From Candidatus Saccharibacteria bacterium QS_5_54_17 (GTDB lineage: Bacteria > Patescibacteriota > Saccharimonadia > QS-5-54-17), in assembly GCA_003022365.1 (NCBI GenBank), contig PXOU01000019.1:4157-68156 (forward strand): a DNA stretch of 64,000 nt, given 5' to 3'. Positions 51,625 to 61,720 of the stretch are shown in pieces. Numbering within the stretch: position 1 is the stretch's first letter; the number at the start of each line of letters is the position of its first letter. The notes below the pieces were generated by a model. The model searched no databases. It had not been told where the DNA came from and worked only from the letters and a program-made list of their open reading frames with translations. The position numbers and the translations under genes are program-made.

Positions 51625-53567
51625 GGAAACCAAACAAACAGCCCCTCCGACAGCCGCCCATCCAACGCGGCCCCCAGCATCCGGACGTATTCAGTAGAGC
51701 GTCCGCGTGGTCCCGGGAGTTAACACCGGATGGGGTCGGTCCGGGGGGCAATGGCGAAAAGGTAATCAGCCGGAAATCCATTCTGGGGGTTATGGGGGTA
51801 AGTTTGGTGATATTTCTGGCACTTGTGACCCAATTAATACAGTTACAGGTGGTCCGTGGCGAGCGTTTACGCGGGGTCGCCGAAGGAAATCGGATCCGCA
51901 AACAGATCACCTACGCTCCACGCGGGCGCATCCTGAGTCGAGACGGGACGGTGTTGGCCAGCAACACGGCTAGCTTCCAATTATCGGCTACGCCCTATCG
52001 GCTGCCTGATTCCCCGGCCAAGCGGCAAGATATCTACCAACGGGTTGCCGGCATGCTCAAAGACGAGTCACCCCAAACCATTGCTCAGCAAGTTAAGGAA
52101 AAGGGGTTGGATCACCCACGTCCGGTGTTAATCAGTGAGCGGATACCACGGCCAACCGCGCTCAAATTGGAATACATGCTCCCCCAATTGCACGGGTTTG
52201 GTTTAAGTAGCATCCCCACCCGGGAGTACAAAACCGGCGCCGGGCTGGCCCATATTGTCGGCTACACCGGGCGCGTATCCCAACAAGATATATCCCAACA
52301 TCCCGACATATTGCCCAACGGATTCATCGGCAAGACCGGGATAGAAGCCTCTTATGACGACACCTTGCGCGGGCAAAACGGGGTGGTGAAAACCGAAGTC
52401 GACGCCCGCGGCAAACCGGTACGGACGCTCCGGGAACAGTCCACCCAACCGGGTGAAGATGTACGCCTGACCATCGACTACGGGCTGCAAAAACAGTTCG
52501 CCCAAGCCATAAAACGGCAAATGCGGGAAGCCGACGTTTCCCGGGCGTCCGGGGTAATCATGGATCCGGAGACGGGAGCGATACGAGCCATGGTCAGTTT
52601 CCCCAGCTTTAACCATAATCTATTCGCTGACGGCATTAGCCGGCAACAGTTCCAGCGGTTGAAAACCGACCCGGCCCAACCGATGTTAAACCGGGCTATC
52701 GCAGCCGGCTATCCATCCGGTTCCGTCATCAAGCCGATCGTGTTATTGGGGGCGCTGGACACGGATACGGTCAACGAGGACACCATCATTCATGATCGGG
52801 GTTCCATCACCGTCAGAAGCCAGTATGATCCTTCGGTTACGTTTACCTATGAGGGGTGGGATCCCAGTGGGCTGGGTCCTATGAACGCCCGGCGGGCGAT
52901 CGCCATGAGTTCCAATATTTATTTCTACACCGTGGCCGGCGGCAACAACACATTCGATGGTATGGGCGTGGACAACCTGGTCAACTACCTGCAGATGTTC
53001 GGTCTGGGTGAGGCGACCAATGTCGATTTGCCCAACGAAACCCAGGGACGGGTGCCCACCCCTGAATGGAAACGCGCCCAGCATGGGGAAGTCTGGCATA
53101 CCGGTGATACCTACAATTTGGCTATCGGGCAGGGGAGTTTACTGGTGTCACCGCTGCAGATGCTGCGGGCGCATTCGGCGATCGCCAACGGCGGCAACCT
53201 GATGCGTCCCTTCCTTGCCCAGAAAGCTCGACCCAAAGTGGCGGCCAAACCGGATATCACCGGCCGTGATTACCAGGTCGCCCGTGAAGGCATGCGTATG
53301 GTTACCTCCGGCAGCGGTACCACGCCGCCATCTACCTTTGCCGATGTCGAGGTAACCGTGGCCGGCAAAAGCGGAACTGCCGAGACGAACCCGGGTGTCC
53401 GCGACTCCCATGCCTGGTATTCGGCATTCGCGCCGTTTGAAAACCCGCAGCTGCAGGGGGTGGTGATACTGGAAGATGGAGAAGGAGGGTCGAAATATGC
53501 CGCGCCAGCGCTGGCGGACGCCTTCGCCTGGTATTTCCGCAGTCACGACAGCGACAGCCATGAGTGA
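51621..53567 (+). CDS. mrdA: Penicillin-binding protein 2
   Basis: APRGRI, SVIK (SxxK), SSN (SxN), KSG. Confidence 0.93.
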   Translation: MRKPNKQPLRQPPIQRGPQHPDVFSRASAWSRELTPDGVGPGGNGEKVISRKSILGVMGVSLVIFLALVTQLIQLQVVRGERLRGVAEGNRIRKQITYAPRGRILSRDGTVLASNTASFQLSATPYRLPDSPAKRQDIYQRVAGMLKDESPQTIAQQVKEKGLDHPRPVLISERIPRPTALKLEYMLPQLHGFGLSSIPTREYKTGAGLAHIVGYTGRVSQQDISQHPDILPNGFIGKTGIEASYDDTLRGQNGVVKTEVDARGKPVRTLREQSTQPGEDVRLTIDYGLQKQFAQAIKRQMREADVSRASGVIMDPETGAIRAMVSFPSFNHNLFADGISRQQFQRLKTDPAQPMLNRAIAAGYPSGSVIKPIVLLGALDTDTVNEDTIIHDRGSITVRSQYDPSVTFTYEGWDPSGLGPMNARRAIAMSSNIYFYTVAGGNNTFDGMGVDNLVNYLQMFGLGEATNVDLPNETQGRVPTPEWKRAQHGEVWHTGDTYNLAIGQGSLLVSPLQMLRAHSAIANGGNLMRPFLAQKARPKVAAKPDITGRDYQVAREGMRMVTSGSGTTPPSTFADVEVTVAGKSGTAETNPGVRDSHAWYSAFAPFENPQLQGVVILEDGEGGSKYAAPALADAFAWYFRSHDSDSHE

Positions 53568-53712
53568 GCACCAGGCCAGCTTGTGTTTTGCTGCTATGTT
53601 TGATTAAGTAAGAAGGGCTTTTAGAGTTCACCCCAAATGTTGTAAGGCGGGATGGGCTTTGGTAAAATGCGCCGTCCGCACCAGGATAAAGTGTGCAAAG
53701 GAGATAATATAC

Positions 53713-54171
53713 ATGACCAAACAACACCAACTGACCGAATCCGGACTAGAAGAGATAAGACAGGAGCTGGAGGAACTGAAACAGCGCCGCGGAGATGTCG
53801 CTGAGCGGTTAAAGACAGCCAAAGCGGAAGGCGATTTAAGCGAGAACGCCGATTATGACGCCGCGCTGGAAGAACAGGAATACGTGGAAGGACGGATCAA
53901 CGAGATCGAGGACATTATTCTGAACGCCTCAATCATTAACGCGCCTCAGAAAAAGGATGTGGTAGAGCTTGGCAATACGGTTGAACTCAAAGATGATGGG
54001 GAAACCTATACCTATACTGTGGTCGGCTCTCTTGAATCCGACCCAGTGGCCGGCAAAATTTCCGAAGAATCACCCATCGGTCGGGCCTTAATCGGCGCCA
54101 AAACGGGAGATACGGTCACCATTCAAACCCCGGGCGGCGAGCGCGAATGCGAAGTGACCAAGATCTCCTAA
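53713..54171 (+). CDS. greA: Transcription elongation factor GreA
   Basis: GDLSENADY, ISEESPIG; TTGTAA-17-TAAAAT promoter at 53640-53668. Confidence 0.97.
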   Translation: MTKQHQLTESGLEEIRQELEELKQRRGDVAERLKTAKAEGDLSENADYDAALEEQEYVEGRINEIEDIILNASIINAPQKKDVVELGNTVELKDDGETYTYTVVGSLESDPVAGKISEESPIGRALIGAKTGDTVTIQTPGGERECEVTKIS

Positions 54172-54307
54172 GAAAAGCACCGGACTCGGGGAAGTAGCAG
54201 CCACTCGGAGGGAGCAACCGGTTTTTGTATAACGGGCAACTCGTGCCGCGGGCACCATACCTGGGATTATTTGGTAGTTGCCGGGGCGGGCGTGCATAAT
54301 CAAAGCA

Positions 54308-55815
54308 ATGACAAACGATCTTGGGCAAAGCCAATTCTGGATCGACAGAGAAGTCGAAAAGATTATAGGGGAATTCCCGGAAGGGGAAATCGTGGTTTCC
54401 AGCGGCATCAGCCCCTCCGCCCACTATCACATCGGCCACTTCCGGGAAATATTGACCGCCGACGCGCTAACGTGGGGGTTGCGGCAAGCCGGTAGAGAGG
54501 TCGTCCATAAACACGTAGTCGACAATATGGACCCTATGCGGGAGCGGTATGATTTTCTTCCTGAGGAATACGGGAACTACATTAACTGGCCGATTTGCCT
54601 GATACCCAGCCCCGACGGATCGGGCAGTTACGCCGATTACTTCTACGACAGCTTTCAAAAAAACATCCAGGCCATGCAAATCGCTCCCGATACCGTCATC
54701 AAAAGTTACGAGGATTTATACCAAAACGGGCTGATGGCCCCGCAGATAGAGAAAGTACTGGAGAACCTCGGAACCATCAAATCGATTTTAGCCTCCTTCG
54801 ACCGAGAGTTGCCCCAGGATTGGACACCCGTCCAGGTCAAAGGCGAGGACAATCGGTTCGTCAACGCCCGGCCGGGCACCTGGGACAGGCAAGAACAAAC
54901 CATTGAAGGGGTGAGTTACGTGGACGGAGGCGCCAAGCTCAATTGGCGGCTGGATTGGCCGGCCCGCTGGCAGGTGCTGGGGGTGCAGGTAGAGCCATAT
55001 AGTATCCAAGAGCACGGGGCGGCGGGCGGATCATACGACACCGGCGTTGCCTTTTCCCGGCAGGTGTTCGGTTTTGAGCCGATGCTTCCGGCCGGCCGCT
55101 ACGGGGATATTCATATGCGGGGAGACACCAAGAAAATGAGCGCCTCCAAAGGAAATCACATCACCCCTGGACGGGCGTTAACCATCATGCCGCCCAGCTT
55201 ACTCCGGTACTTCATTGTCCGCAGCCGCCCGGATAAGCAGCTGGAATTTGATCCGGGCGAAAAGTTAATGGCGCTGTATGATGAATACAAAGAGGTGCAA
55301 GCTGCCGTCCAACGAGGTGATGATCATCAATTCCAGGATGCTTACCGTTTTGCCGACATCGGAGATTCGTTGACTGACGTACCGTTCAACCATTTAGTCT
55401 CAGTATATCAAGCCGGGCGCGGGGAGCTGTCCCGCGTTCGGGAATTGCTGGAGGGGACTGGATACCAGGTTGACCGTCAGGCACTGGAATCCGAGCTGTA
55501 TTATGTGGCGAATTGGTTGGAGACGCAGGCGCCGGGCCATCTTCGGTTTGAGCTCCAGGACGAGTTACCGGAAGTCAAACTCGGCTCCAACCAGGTCGTT
55601 TTCCTGGCCAATCTGGCCCGTTTCATGGAGGAGGGGGCAACCGGCGACCCAGAGACCATACACGCCCGGATCCACGAACTCAAAGACGCCCACAACCTAT
55701 CCGCCCGGGACGCCTTCCAAGCGATTTATTTGGTGTTACTGGGGCAGACCAGCGGCCCCAAAGCCGGGTGGTATTTAACCACCATCGACCGGGACTGGCT
55801 TTTCTGGAAACATAA
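54308..55815 (+). CDS. lysS: Class I lysyl-tRNA synthetase; probable true stop at 55813-55815 is out of frame in this sequence
   Basis: SGISPSA..HIGH, KLNWRLDWPARW, KMSASKG, SGPKAGW. Confidence 0.9.
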
Positions 55816-55945
55816 CAACTCCTGCCGCCCCTTTTTGGGCGCTTCTCTTCGCTGGTCATACGCCGACTCAATTACTTTTTCCTGCCTAGCCTGCCGCAGG
55901 CTTTTTTGCTTTTGTCCGCCTTATCCAATCCTTTATACTAGGGTT

Positions 55946-57199
55946 ATGTTGGATATTGGATTTATCCGCGACAATCCAGACACGATCAAAGACGGCGCCC
56001 GAAAGAAGCACATCGACGTTGACATCGACCGGTTGCTGGAATTGGATGCCCGCCGCCGGAGTCTAAAGCAGGAAGTCGATGACCTGCGCGGCCAACGAAA
56101 TCAGTTATCCCGCTCGCCGGGAGGCCAGCCGTCCCAGAATGAGATAGACCAAGCCAAACACCTTAAAGCACAACTCTCCGGCAAGGAAACCCAGCTGGAG
56201 GAGGTGGAAACCGAATACCACCAATTGATGCTGGGCGTGCCCAATCCGCCGGACGCCTCCGTCCCCGAAGGCACGGATGAGGCGGATAACCACGTGCTTC
56301 GCTCCTGGGGTGATGTTCCCGAATTCGATTTTACGCCCCGGGATCATCTGCAGCTGGGCGAGGCCCTGGACGTCATTGACGTGGAAACTGCCGCGGAAAC
56401 CAGCGGCGCCCGGTTTTTCTACCTGAAGAATCAAGCCGTCTGGCTGGAATTCGCCTTAATCCAATGGATTCTGGGCAAACTGACGGGGAACGGATTTTCT
56501 CCGGTGATACCGCCGCAATTAGTACGCGGACAGATGATGGAGGCGACCGGCTTTTTCCCGGCCGACGCCAACGAGATTTATCACGTAAATCCGGGAGATG
56601 ATGATCTTTACCTTATCGGGACCTCGGAAGTTCCCTTGGCCGGTATGCACATGTTCGAACCGGTCAACGCTGAGCAGCTGCCCCGGCGTTACGCCGGATT
56701 TTCCAGTTGTTTCCGGCGGGAAGCCGGCAGTTACGGCCAGGACACCCGCGGGGTTATGCGGGTCCATCAGTTCGACAAGCTGGAGATGTTCTCGTTCACC
56801 CATCCGGATAATTCGTGGGAGGAACATGAGTTTCTCCTTTCCATTGAAGAGGATATTCTCCGGGGATTAAAACTGCCCTATCAAGTGGTCGATATTTGCG
56901 GCGGCGACCTCGGTCCGGCAGCTGCCAAAAAATACGATTGCGAGGTCTGGGTGCCCACCCAGGGTCAGTACCGGGAGCTGACCAGCTGTAGCAACACCAC
57001 CGATTTCCAGGCCCGCCGAGGCGGCATCAAGTATACCGGCCAAGACGGGCAGTCCCATTTTGCCCACACCCTCAACGGGACGGCCATGGCATCCACCCGC
57101 ACCTTGATCGCCATCATGGAAAATTATCAGACTCGGGAGGGCCGGGTTCAGATCCCGGAGGTATTGCAACCCTACGTGGGGGCTGAGACCATTGGGTAG
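55946..57199 (+). CDS. serS: Seryl-tRNA synthetase
   Basis: MLDIGFIR, GTSEVP, CFRREAG, RVHQFDK, HTLNGT; TATACT 6 nt upstream. Confidence 0.97.
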   Translation: MLDIGFIRDNPDTIKDGARKKHIDVDIDRLLELDARRRSLKQEVDDLRGQRNQLSRSPGGQPSQNEIDQAKHLKAQLSGKETQLEEVETEYHQLMLGVPNPPDASVPEGTDEADNHVLRSWGDVPEFDFTPRDHLQLGEALDVIDVETAAETSGARFFYLKNQAVWLEFALIQWILGKLTGNGFSPVIPPQLVRGQMMEATGFFPADANEIYHVNPGDDDLYLIGTSEVPLAGMHMFEPVNAEQLPRRYAGFSSCFRREAGSYGQDTRGVMRVHQFDKLEMFSFTHPDNSWEEHEFLLSIEEDILRGLKLPYQVVDICGGDLGPAAAKKYDCEVWVPTQGQYRELTSCSNTTDFQARRGGIKYTGQDGQSHFAHTLNGTAMASTRTLIAIMENYQTREGRVQIPEVLQPYVGAETIG

Positions 57200-57244
57200 G
57201 GTGAGTGTTGCACCATATAAAAGGAGCAAGGGAGTAGACAGACT

Positions 57245-57610
57245 TTGGTAGAATTAAACATTTCCGGTGTCCATTTCGAACTTGATGAGGGTATAAAGGG
57301 CTACGTCGAGAAAAAGATCGGCGTCATGGATAAATATGTCCCCCGCAACGAACGCGGGGCCTCCCGCGGGGAAGTGGTGTTAAGTGAAGAGGAAGGCAAG
57401 TCCAAGAACCGCTACACCTGTGACGTGACGCTGTATATGCCGCACGAAACCATTACCGCCCAGGAATCAACGGTCAGCATCTACGCGGCGGTCGATATCG
57501 TGGAAGAGAAGCTCAAAACCCAGTTGCTCAAGCACAAGGACAAGCAGCAGAACGATCGCCAGCGGCGGCGCAGCATACGTATGCTCAAGCAGTTCAGAGG
57601 GCGGCGATAA
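57245..57610 (+). CDS. hpf: Ribosome hibernation factor HPF/RaiA (short)
   Basis: YVEKKI, IYAAVDIVEEKL..QL.KHK. Confidence 0.85.
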   Translation: MVELNISGVHFELDEGIKGYVEKKIGVMDKYVPRNERGASRGEVVLSEEEGKSKNRYTCDVTLYMPHETITAQESTVSIYAAVDIVEEKLKTQLLKHKDKQQNDRQRRRSIRMLKQFRGRR

Positions 57611-57669
57611 CTCGAGGTAATTATTGCCCATTTCCATAAAAAAAGTTGCTGACTCCTGTAGTCAATCCG

Positions 57670-57727
57670 TTGACATAGACGCCATTGGTAGTGCTATACT
57701 GGGAAGCGTAAGCACTATATATAGGGG
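57670..57727 (+). promoter_or_regulatory. nrdR promoter with NrdR box
   Basis: TTGACA, TGc-TATACT; GCACTATATATAGGGG (57712-57727) matches 13/16 of acaCwAtATaTwGtgt; weaker candidate box at 57679-57694. Confidence 0.7.
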
Positions 57728-57739
57728 AAACACACACCA

Positions 57740-58207
57740 ATGAAATGCGTAACCTGTGCCCATCTGGACTCAAAAGTGGTCGAATCCCGCGACATCGGGG
57801 ATAGCAGTTCCATCCGCCGGCGCCGCCAGTGCCTGGGGTGCGGGTATCGGTTCACTACCTACGAGCGGGTTGAGGTTCCGTATTTGATGGTTACCAAGAA
57901 AGACGGCAGCCAGGAACTATTCGACCGGAGCAAGCTCCTGGGCGGCTTACATAAAGCCATTCAGAAACGCCCGGTCGATACCGGGCAACTGGAGGAGTTG
58001 GTAGACGATGTGGAACGGAGCGTGCACGAATGCGGCGAGACCGAAATCGCCTCCTCCCGGGTGGGGGAAATGGTCATGGAACGGCTGATGAAACTGGATG
58101 AAGTCGCTTATGTGCGATTTGCCAGTGTTTACCGGAGTTTCACCGATGCTGCCAATTTCGAAGCAGAGCTGGAGCGGCTGAAGGCGAGTACCTCGGGGAC
58201 TCTTTGA
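57740..58207 (+). CDS. nrdR: Transcriptional repressor NrdR
   Basis: CxxC, IRRRRQC..C..RFTTYE, VAYVRFASVY. Confidence 0.98.
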   Translation: MKCVTCAHLDSKVVESRDIGDSSSIRRRRQCLGCGYRFTTYERVEVPYLMVTKKDGSQELFDRSKLLGGLHKAIQKRPVDTGQLEELVDDVERSVHECGETEIASSRVGEMVMERLMKLDEVAYVRFASVYRSFTDAANFEAELERLKASTSGTL

Positions 58208-58354
58208 CCGCGTGCCGTTTGTGTTACACTAAAACTACAAACGACACGAGGCTGAGGAGTTAACAAATATAAAAACGCTGCCAAAGCCGCCAACGCTTCA
58301 TCGGCTCAGCTGGCCGCCGGGTGATGGTAGGCGTGGCAGTTAAGGGAGGTCCGA

Positions 58355-61297
58355 ATGGATTTTGTCGACAAGACAGCGCTTGGGGTGAAGCGATATTTCA
58401 CCACCGAAGGGGTACACCCCTACGACGAATTAACGTGGGAGCGGCGCGACGCCCGGATTACCAATTTTCTGGACGGTTCGATCGCGTTCGAGCAAACCGA
58501 TGTTGAATTTCCCCAAACCTGGACGCAGAACGCGACCAATATCGTCGCCCAGAAATATTTTTACGGCATGCCCGGCGAGGCTGACCGTGAAGATTCGCTC
58601 AGGCATTTGATAGACCGGGTCGCCGACACCATTACCCGGCACGGCCAGCGGGAAGGCTATTTCATAGACGATGAGGAAGCGGAAAACTTCAACCAGGAAC
58701 TCAAACACTTGTTGGTGAATCAGAAAGCTTCCTTTAATTCGCCGGTCTGGTTCAATATCGGCGCCCCGGACCGCGCCCAACAAGCCAGCGCCTGCTTCAT
58801 TCTTTCCGTCGAAGACACCATGGAGTCGATTCTGACCTGGTACCAGGAAGAAGGCATGATCTTCAAAGGCGGTTCCGGTTCCGGAGTCAACCTGAGCAAA
58901 CTCCGCTCCTCCCAGGAACAATTGCAATCCAGTGCCGGCTATGCGTCCGGTCCGGTGAGTTTCATGCGCGGGGCGGACGCGGTTGCCGGGACCATCAAAT
59001 CCGGCGGTAAAACCCGCCGGGCAGCCAAAATGGTTATCCTGGACGTGGACCATCCCGACGTGGAAGAGTTCGTGTGGACCAAAGCCCGGGAAGAACGGAA
59101 AATCCACGCTCTCAGCCAGGCCGGATTCGACATGAGTCTGGACGGCCGGGACATGATCTCGGTCCAGTACCAGAACGCCAATAACTCGGTCCGGGTAACC
59201 GACGAGTTTATGCGGGCAGTCGAAAATGACGAAGAGTGGCAGCTGAAAGCTGTTAAAACCGGTGAGGCGATCAAAACCATCCGGGCCCGTGATCTCTGGC
59301 GCGACATTGCCCAATCGGCCTGGGAATGCGCCGACCCCGGTTTGCAGTTCGACACCAATATCAACAGCTGGAATACTGCCAGCAATACCGCCCGCATCAA
59401 CGGCTCCAACCCCTGCAGCGAATACATGCACATCGACAACTCCGCCTGCAATCTGGCTTCTTTGAACTTGATGAAATTCCTCCGTGATGACGGCACCATG
59501 GATTTGGATAGTTATCGGCACGCGGTGGACATTCTATTTACCGCTCAGGAAATCCTGGTCGGATATTCCAGTTATCCCACCGACAAGATCGATCAGAACG
59601 CCCGCGACTTCCGTGAAATCGGGCTCGGCTATGCCAATCTGGGCGCTTTGTTGATGGCCTTGGGGCTGCCCTACGACTCGGACGAAGGCCGGGCGCACGC
59701 AGCAACACTGACCGCCATTATGACCGGGCAAGCTTACGCTACCAGTGCCAAAATCGCCCGGCGGATGGGCCCATTTGCCGGATATGAGACCAATCAGGCG
59801 CCGACTAACGCCGTACTGGCCCAACATCGGGATGAGGTGTCCCGCATCAACCCCACTCACGTACCCGAAGATTTACTCAGTACCGCCCAGAGCGTGTGGG
59901 ATGAAGCGGTTGAACAGGGCCGGCTGCACGGGGTCCGCAATTCGCAGGCGACGGTCCTGGCTCCCACCGGCACCGTCGGCTTCATGATGGATTGCGACAC
60001 TACCGGCGTCGAACCGGATCTGGGGTTGGTCAAGGTCAAGAAACTGGTCGGCGGCGGCAGCATGAACATCGTCAACCGTACGGTGCCGCGCGCCTTAAAG
60101 AACCTTGGCTTCACCGAGGAACAAACCCAGGAAATTGTGGATTATATTGACGAGCAGAAAACCATCATCGGGGCGCCGCATATCAAGCGCGAGCACTTGC
60201 CGGTCTTTGCCTGCTCCATGGGTGAGAACGCCATCCACTACAGGGGACATGTCCGGATGATGGGCGCGGTCCAGCCGTTCATCAGCGGGGCGATATCCAA
60301 GACGGTCAATATGCCCGAGGACGTAACGGTCGACGATGTTGCCGACTTGCATCTGGAATCCTGGAAACTTGGATTGAAAGCCGTTGCCATTTACCGGGAC
60401 AATTGCAAATCAGGCCAACCGCTTTCCACGGCCCAAAAAGACGAGAATAAAGACGACAATCAAGATGACAATCAAGACGAAGACAGCGACAACCAAGCAC
60501 CGAGCACGGAGGACGACACCCAAGCAACGGGGGAGGGCGAGCCAAGCACCCAACACGGGGATTCCAGTTCCCAGGTGAACCCTGCCAGCCGTACTTCGGA
60601 TGCAGAAGCCGACTCCGGCGGATTCGTGGTTAAATCTCCCTTACGCCGGCAACCGCCCCGGCAGCGGACTGCCCGGATTTTCGAGTTCAGCGTCGGCGGC
60701 TCCCGCGGGTTTTTGACGGTGGGCGAGTTCGAGAACGGCGAGCCGGCCGAACTGTTCATTACCATGGCCAAACAAGGCTCAACCCTGAGCGGATTGATGG
60801 ACGCGTTCGCCATTTCAATTAGCAATGGCTTGCAATACGGGGTACCGCTGACATTCTACGTCCGCAAGTACATGGCCATGAGTTTCGCGCCCAACGGCAT
60901 GACCGACGACGCCTCCATCCCCATGGCAAGCTCGGTTGTCGATTACATCTTCCGCAAGCTGGCTTTGGAATACCTGCCTCATGAGGACTTGGTTGAACTG
61001 GGGCTGGTTGATAAAGCGGCGGGAGACGACCGGCAAGCGACGCTGCCAGTAGAAGAAGCCGCCCCAGAAGATGCTCAAGAAGACACCAGCCAACAGGAAT
61101 CGGATGCCGAGGGCATGGAAGGGGCTGATGAACCGGCCATGGATGCGGCTTCGGAGGCAACCGGCAACCACGGGACGCCGGGCGCCCAAAAAGAAACCCA
61201 TGACGCGCCGCTGTGCTATAACTGCGGCAACGTAACCGTCCGGTCAGGTAGTTGTCACGTCTGTATGGCCTGCGGCAGCACCACCGGGTGCAGCTAG
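58355..61297 (+). CDS. nrdJ: Class II (adenosylcobalamin-dependent) ribonucleotide reductase
   Basis: FNSPVWFN, SACFI, SNPCSE, APTGT, C-terminal Zn ribbon CGSTTGCS. Confidence 0.96.
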   Translation: MDFVDKTALGVKRYFTTEGVHPYDELTWERRDARITNFLDGSIAFEQTDVEFPQTWTQNATNIVAQKYFYGMPGEADREDSLRHLIDRVADTITRHGQREGYFIDDEEAENFNQELKHLLVNQKASFNSPVWFNIGAPDRAQQASACFILSVEDTMESILTWYQEEGMIFKGGSGSGVNLSKLRSSQEQLQSSAGYASGPVSFMRGADAVAGTIKSGGKTRRAAKMVILDVDHPDVEEFVWTKAREERKIHALSQAGFDMSLDGRDMISVQYQNANNSVRVTDEFMRAVENDEEWQLKAVKTGEAIKTIRARDLWRDIAQSAWECADPGLQFDTNINSWNTASNTARINGSNPCSEYMHIDNSACNLASLNLMKFLRDDGTMDLDSYRHAVDILFTAQEILVGYSSYPTDKIDQNARDFREIGLGYANLGALLMALGLPYDSDEGRAHAATLTAIMTGQAYATSAKIARRMGPFAGYETNQAPTNAVLAQHRDEVSRINPTHVPEDLLSTAQSVWDEAVEQGRLHGVRNSQATVLAPTGTVGFMMDCDTTGVEPDLGLVKVKKLVGGGSMNIVNRTVPRALKNLGFTEEQTQEIVDYIDEQKTIIGAPHIKREHLPVFACSMGENAIHYRGHVRMMGAVQPFISGAISKTVNMPEDVTVDDVADLHLESWKLGLKAVAIYRDNCKSGQPLSTAQKDENKDDNQDDNQDEDSDNQAPSTEDDTQATGEGEPSTQHGDSSSQVNPASRTSDAEADSGGFVVKSPLRRQPPRQRTARIFEFSVGGSRGFLTVGEFENGEPAELFITMAKQGSTLSGLMDAFAISISNGLQYGVPLTFYVRKYMAMSFAPNGMTDDASIPMASSVVDYIFRKLALEYLPHEDLVELGLVDKAAGDDRQATLPVEEAAPEDAQEDTSQQESDAEGMEGADEPAMDAASEATGNHGTPGAQKETHDAPLCYNCGNVTVRSGSCHVCMACGSTTGCS

Positions 61298-61393
61298 AGG
61301 GAGCCGAAAACCGCAGCGAGTCGGGAAAGAATAGGAGATGGGTGAGGATAATTATTCACCGCCCGCTCTTACGGGGCATGTTACAATACCCGT

Positions 61394-61657
61394 ATGGTTT
61401 ACATACTGTATCGGGGCCGCTCCGAACACGAACGCCAGGCAACGCAACTACAACAGCGGCTTCAGCAGCGGCGGATTTTTCCAGAAATGCTCGATGTCGA
61501 TAGTCGGGAAGGGGCGGCCAAGTCTCAAACCTACGCTATTATGCAATACCCAGCTGTATTGGCGGTGCGGGACACCGACGGCCAAGTAATCCAAACCTGG
61601 TCCGGCCAGGTGCCGACGGTCTCCGACGTCGAATTTTTTGCCCGCAGTAACATCTAG
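61394..61657 (+). CDS. Small hypothetical protein, possibly thioredoxin-like without CxxC
   Basis: Alternating beta/alpha pattern, YAIMQYPAVL; TACAAT 6 nt upstream. Confidence 0.7.
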   Translation: MVYILYRGRSEHERQATQLQQRLQQRRIFPEMLDVDSREGAAKSQTYAIMQYPAVLAVRDTDGQVIQTWSGQVPTVSDVEFFARSNI

Positions 61658-61720
61658 ATGTCAGCTGCCGCAAAAACCAGCGTCTTGAGTCGCCTTCCCA
61701 GGCCGAGTATACTAAATCCA

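Noticed and set aside
54278-57199. A single 973-aa synthetase as given by the ORF track
   Set aside because: Annotated as two genes; the linker looks intergenic (see finding)
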